Origin: Neoconidiobolus thromboides FSU 785
Lineage: Eukaryota; Fungi; Entomophthoromycota
Assembly: GCA_025603075.1 (NCBI GenBank)
Contig: MU626350.1
Span: forward strand, 1-64,000
DNA: 64,000 nucleotides
Reading direction: 5' to 3'
Part shown: piece after piece, positions 63,157 through 64,000 of the stretch
Layout: each line of letters begins with the position of its first letter
Position numbering within the stretch: the first letter of the stretch is position 1
Notes under the pieces: model-generated
The model's database searches: none
Told to the model about the DNA's origin: nothing
The model's input: only the letters and a program-made list of their open reading frames with translations
Position numbers and translations under genes: made by a program

Positions 63157-64000
63157 ATATGAAATCAAACAATTTTAATAACTGTATCAACTTTAATTAC
63201 TGCATAAAGACCTTTTTCCTTCTCTTGGATAAAAGAACCTTAGAAAAAAGCCTTAGAACAGATACTGTCACTGCTATGAACTAAATCTTCAGAATAAATA
63301 GAAAGCCTCGTATATATGTAATTTAAACGAAGGCTTTCAATAGATACAGATGTCACATTCCATGATTTAGCTAACTTTTTACTTGGAATACTTTTTTCTA
63401 ATGATGATAAGTCTCCGAATAATCTACACCTTAATTATATGATACCAGGCTCTTTGTCAACTAAACTGGACCATTTATATCTTTTCTTAGCTGATAAATT
63501 TATATTGGTACTTTTAATATGTTAATGCTTTAAGGGCTGTAGAAGCTAGTTCAAAAAGTTAAATTTAGTAAAATTATGTTTATGGTTGAAAACATTTTAA
63601 TTATGAAAAAATCACTTATAATTTTGAGGAAAGTGAGCTTATTTGTATTATTTTAAAGTTAGATCCAAAATCACTTAATTTTATTTTATAGACTAAATGG
63701 TTCAAATTCTTGAAAGATATTAATAAAATAAGAAACACTAGTTGCTTTTTTTACTGATATTTTTTATTTAATTAATCTCAATTTTAGAGGAAAATGTTTA
63801 TTTGATTGCAAAATAGACTACTATATCACTTTCACATAAAAAGGATAATTAAGTTGTAGGAAGTAGAATTAATGCACTAACATAACAGTAAAGTTAATTT
63901 AAGAATGTCATTATAAAATGAGTTATTTTATTTAGTCGTTGAACCAAATTGTAAAAGCTCAAGATGAATTAAATCAATTACAAGGTTCAACTTTTTCCAA

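Larger units (their letters stand above)
62379..63530 (-). pseudogene. Class-3 lipase pseudogene 2 (tandem paralog), broken by two MITEs
   Basis: Manual translation aligns to lipase 1: LFGDLSSLEKSIPSKKL, SYRG, DFEPILY, ITGFDLG, SPKVNN, RYTN, YCGQNYDED. Stops at 62642 and 63240 plus frameshifts. 5' limit approximate. Confidence 0.8.

Overview
AT-rich eukaryotic DNA with short (~40-70 nt) GT-AG introns. Gene content suggests an early-diverging, probably entomophthoralean (Conidiobolus-like) fungus; this is an inference. Tightly packed conserved genes (RRP1, PMR1, a CMD/AhpD-like gene, RSE1/SF3B3, a PQ-loop transporter, CTP1, HNT1, RAD18, BTS1, DDX42-like, neurochondrin-like, MSS4, an acyl-CoA synthetase, a PNPO-like gene, ORC5, SND2, SDH3) alternate with accessory stretches. 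The accessory stretches hold intronless secreted or membrane genes (triple Kunitz inhibitor, Thr-rich mucin-like protein, S41 peptidase, two class-A-like 7TM receptors) and decayed genes (two tandem class-3 lipases and a pair of small Cys-containing proteins). The main structure not explained by genes is a dispersed non-autonomous DNA-transposon system. It has 16 copies of a ~95-bp MITE and 3 copies of a ~255-bp MITE, sharing GRGGATGTWTTTT...AAAAWACATCCYC termini and 4-bp target-site duplications that are mostly AWWT/ATAT. Two insertions into lipase pseudogenes confirm the 4-bp TSD because removing them restores the reading frame. The first 300 bp encode the tail of a possible DDE transposase, a candidate autonomous partner that may be Sola-like. 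The short MITE also carries an intron-like GT...TACTAAC...TAG module. There is a 100-N assembly gap at 11021-11120.
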